This document shows positions 62,463 through 64,000 of a DNA stretch of 64,000 nt, one piece after another. Where the stretch lies: assembly GCF_009914755.1 (NCBI RefSeq), contig NC_060930.1; one strand, written 5' to 3'. A program made the translations under genes and the position numbers. The DNA is from the human T2T-CHM13v2.0 reference genome, Homo sapiens. Under the pieces are notes generated by a model. That model ran no database searches, was not told the DNA's origin, and saw nothing but the letters and a program-made list of their open reading frames with translations. The stretch's first letter is position 1. Every line of letters starts with the position of its first letter.

Positions 62463-62863
62463 AAAGGAATAACAGTGGCATCGATTCTCTGTTCTATTTC
62501 ATCTGTCCTTTTCCAGCAAGAAGAAAAGAGACCCTACTGGTTTTTGGCTTCTTTTCCTCCAAGGGCGATGCCAGGTTAAAGAGAAAATGAGAGGAGAGGA
62601 GGCCAGGGAGGGTTGAATTTAGTGTGCAAGTCCATTCTTCCATTCCGTGACACTCATATTTGGGTTAAATACCTAAGCATCCTTGGAGGAAGTTGGAGAG
62701 CCTAATATTGGTTTTAATTCTGAGTGTAGTGGTCCCTGTCCCCTCCCTTTCAGGAAAAATAGAGGAAAGTAGCCTGCTTTATTGCAGCCATCTGTCCACT
62801 GGTCCCGCCTCCAGACTGCCCACTCCGAGGCCTCTCCCGTTCTCTTCCTGTGTCACTGCTTGG

Positions 62864-63001
62864 TTTTTTGTTTTTGTTTTTTATAGAGATGGGATCTTGC
62901 TGTGTTGCCCAGGCTGGTCTCGCACTCCTGGCCTCAAGCAATCCTCCCATCTCGGCCTCCCCAAGTGCTGGGATTACAGGCATGAGCCACCTCGCCCGGC
63001 C
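62864..63001 (-). mobile_element. FLAM-C / Alu left monomer
   Basis: TSD ctgtgtcact(g/a)ctt. Confidence 0.9.
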
Positions 63002-63437
63002 TGTGTCACTACTTTGTGCTGTCACACTGTGGACCACTGTTTCCATGTTTTAATCCTCTCCACATGTGGCTTTGCTGCCACTTTCTCCCTCATTGCCCCT
63101 AATCCCTGTCCATTCCCAGGGTCCTTTTTCAGATTCCTCTTCCTCAGGGTTCCAGGCCATTCTTATTTCATGGACATCATTCCGTTCGGGTGATCCCACA
63201 GATTCGCACTGCATCTTTCATCTTGTGGGCACCATGACTTTGGACTCCTCCCTCACCTTCGTCACTACTGCATCCATCTGTTTTGTTGCTTCAGTCTCTT
63301 CCTCCCGTCATCACAGCCTGGTTGCCTTTTCTAAATCACAGTCAAATTCGGTGCCACCATCCCCTGCCTCAAGCCTCCAATGGCTCCCTATAGTCTTCAG
63401 AACCAGCAGCACAAAGTTCTTTTTTAAAGAAACAAAC

Positions 63438-64000
<563 letters not shown>

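Overview
Primate (almost certainly human) genomic DNA, Alu-dense and nearly all intronic. The only host coding segment I can support is a 157-nt internal exon at 48352-48508 (+), flanked by canonical AG/GT splice sites. It encodes LLQKNGQLSTINGVAEQDELSLQEGDLNGQKGALNGQGALNSQEEEEVIVTE, which I recognise as the N-terminal region of AKAP12 (gravin/SSeCKS), long alpha isoform. The ORF track misses this exon; its ORFs are Alu, microsatellite or chance frames, apart from one L1 ORF2 C-terminal remnant. The rest of the window holds about 50 Alu/FLAM copies, a 5'-truncated L1PA with TSD, older L1/L2/CR1/MIR relics, four MaLR solo LTRs, a Tigger-type MITE, a Y4 RNA retrocopy, a tailless 7SK retrocopy, microsatellites and a 47-bp minisatellite. 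I found no convincing new biological system. The most notable structure is (i) repeated re-use of the same L1-endonuclease target site by different retroelements, including an Alu and an antisense Y4 RNA copy inside one 15-bp duplication; (ii) several fold-back inverted duplications, including two perfect 33-34-bp-arm palindromes beside the 7SK copy; and (iii) candidate splicing and chromatin signals. Repeat boundaries and subfamily calls are by eye and approximate.
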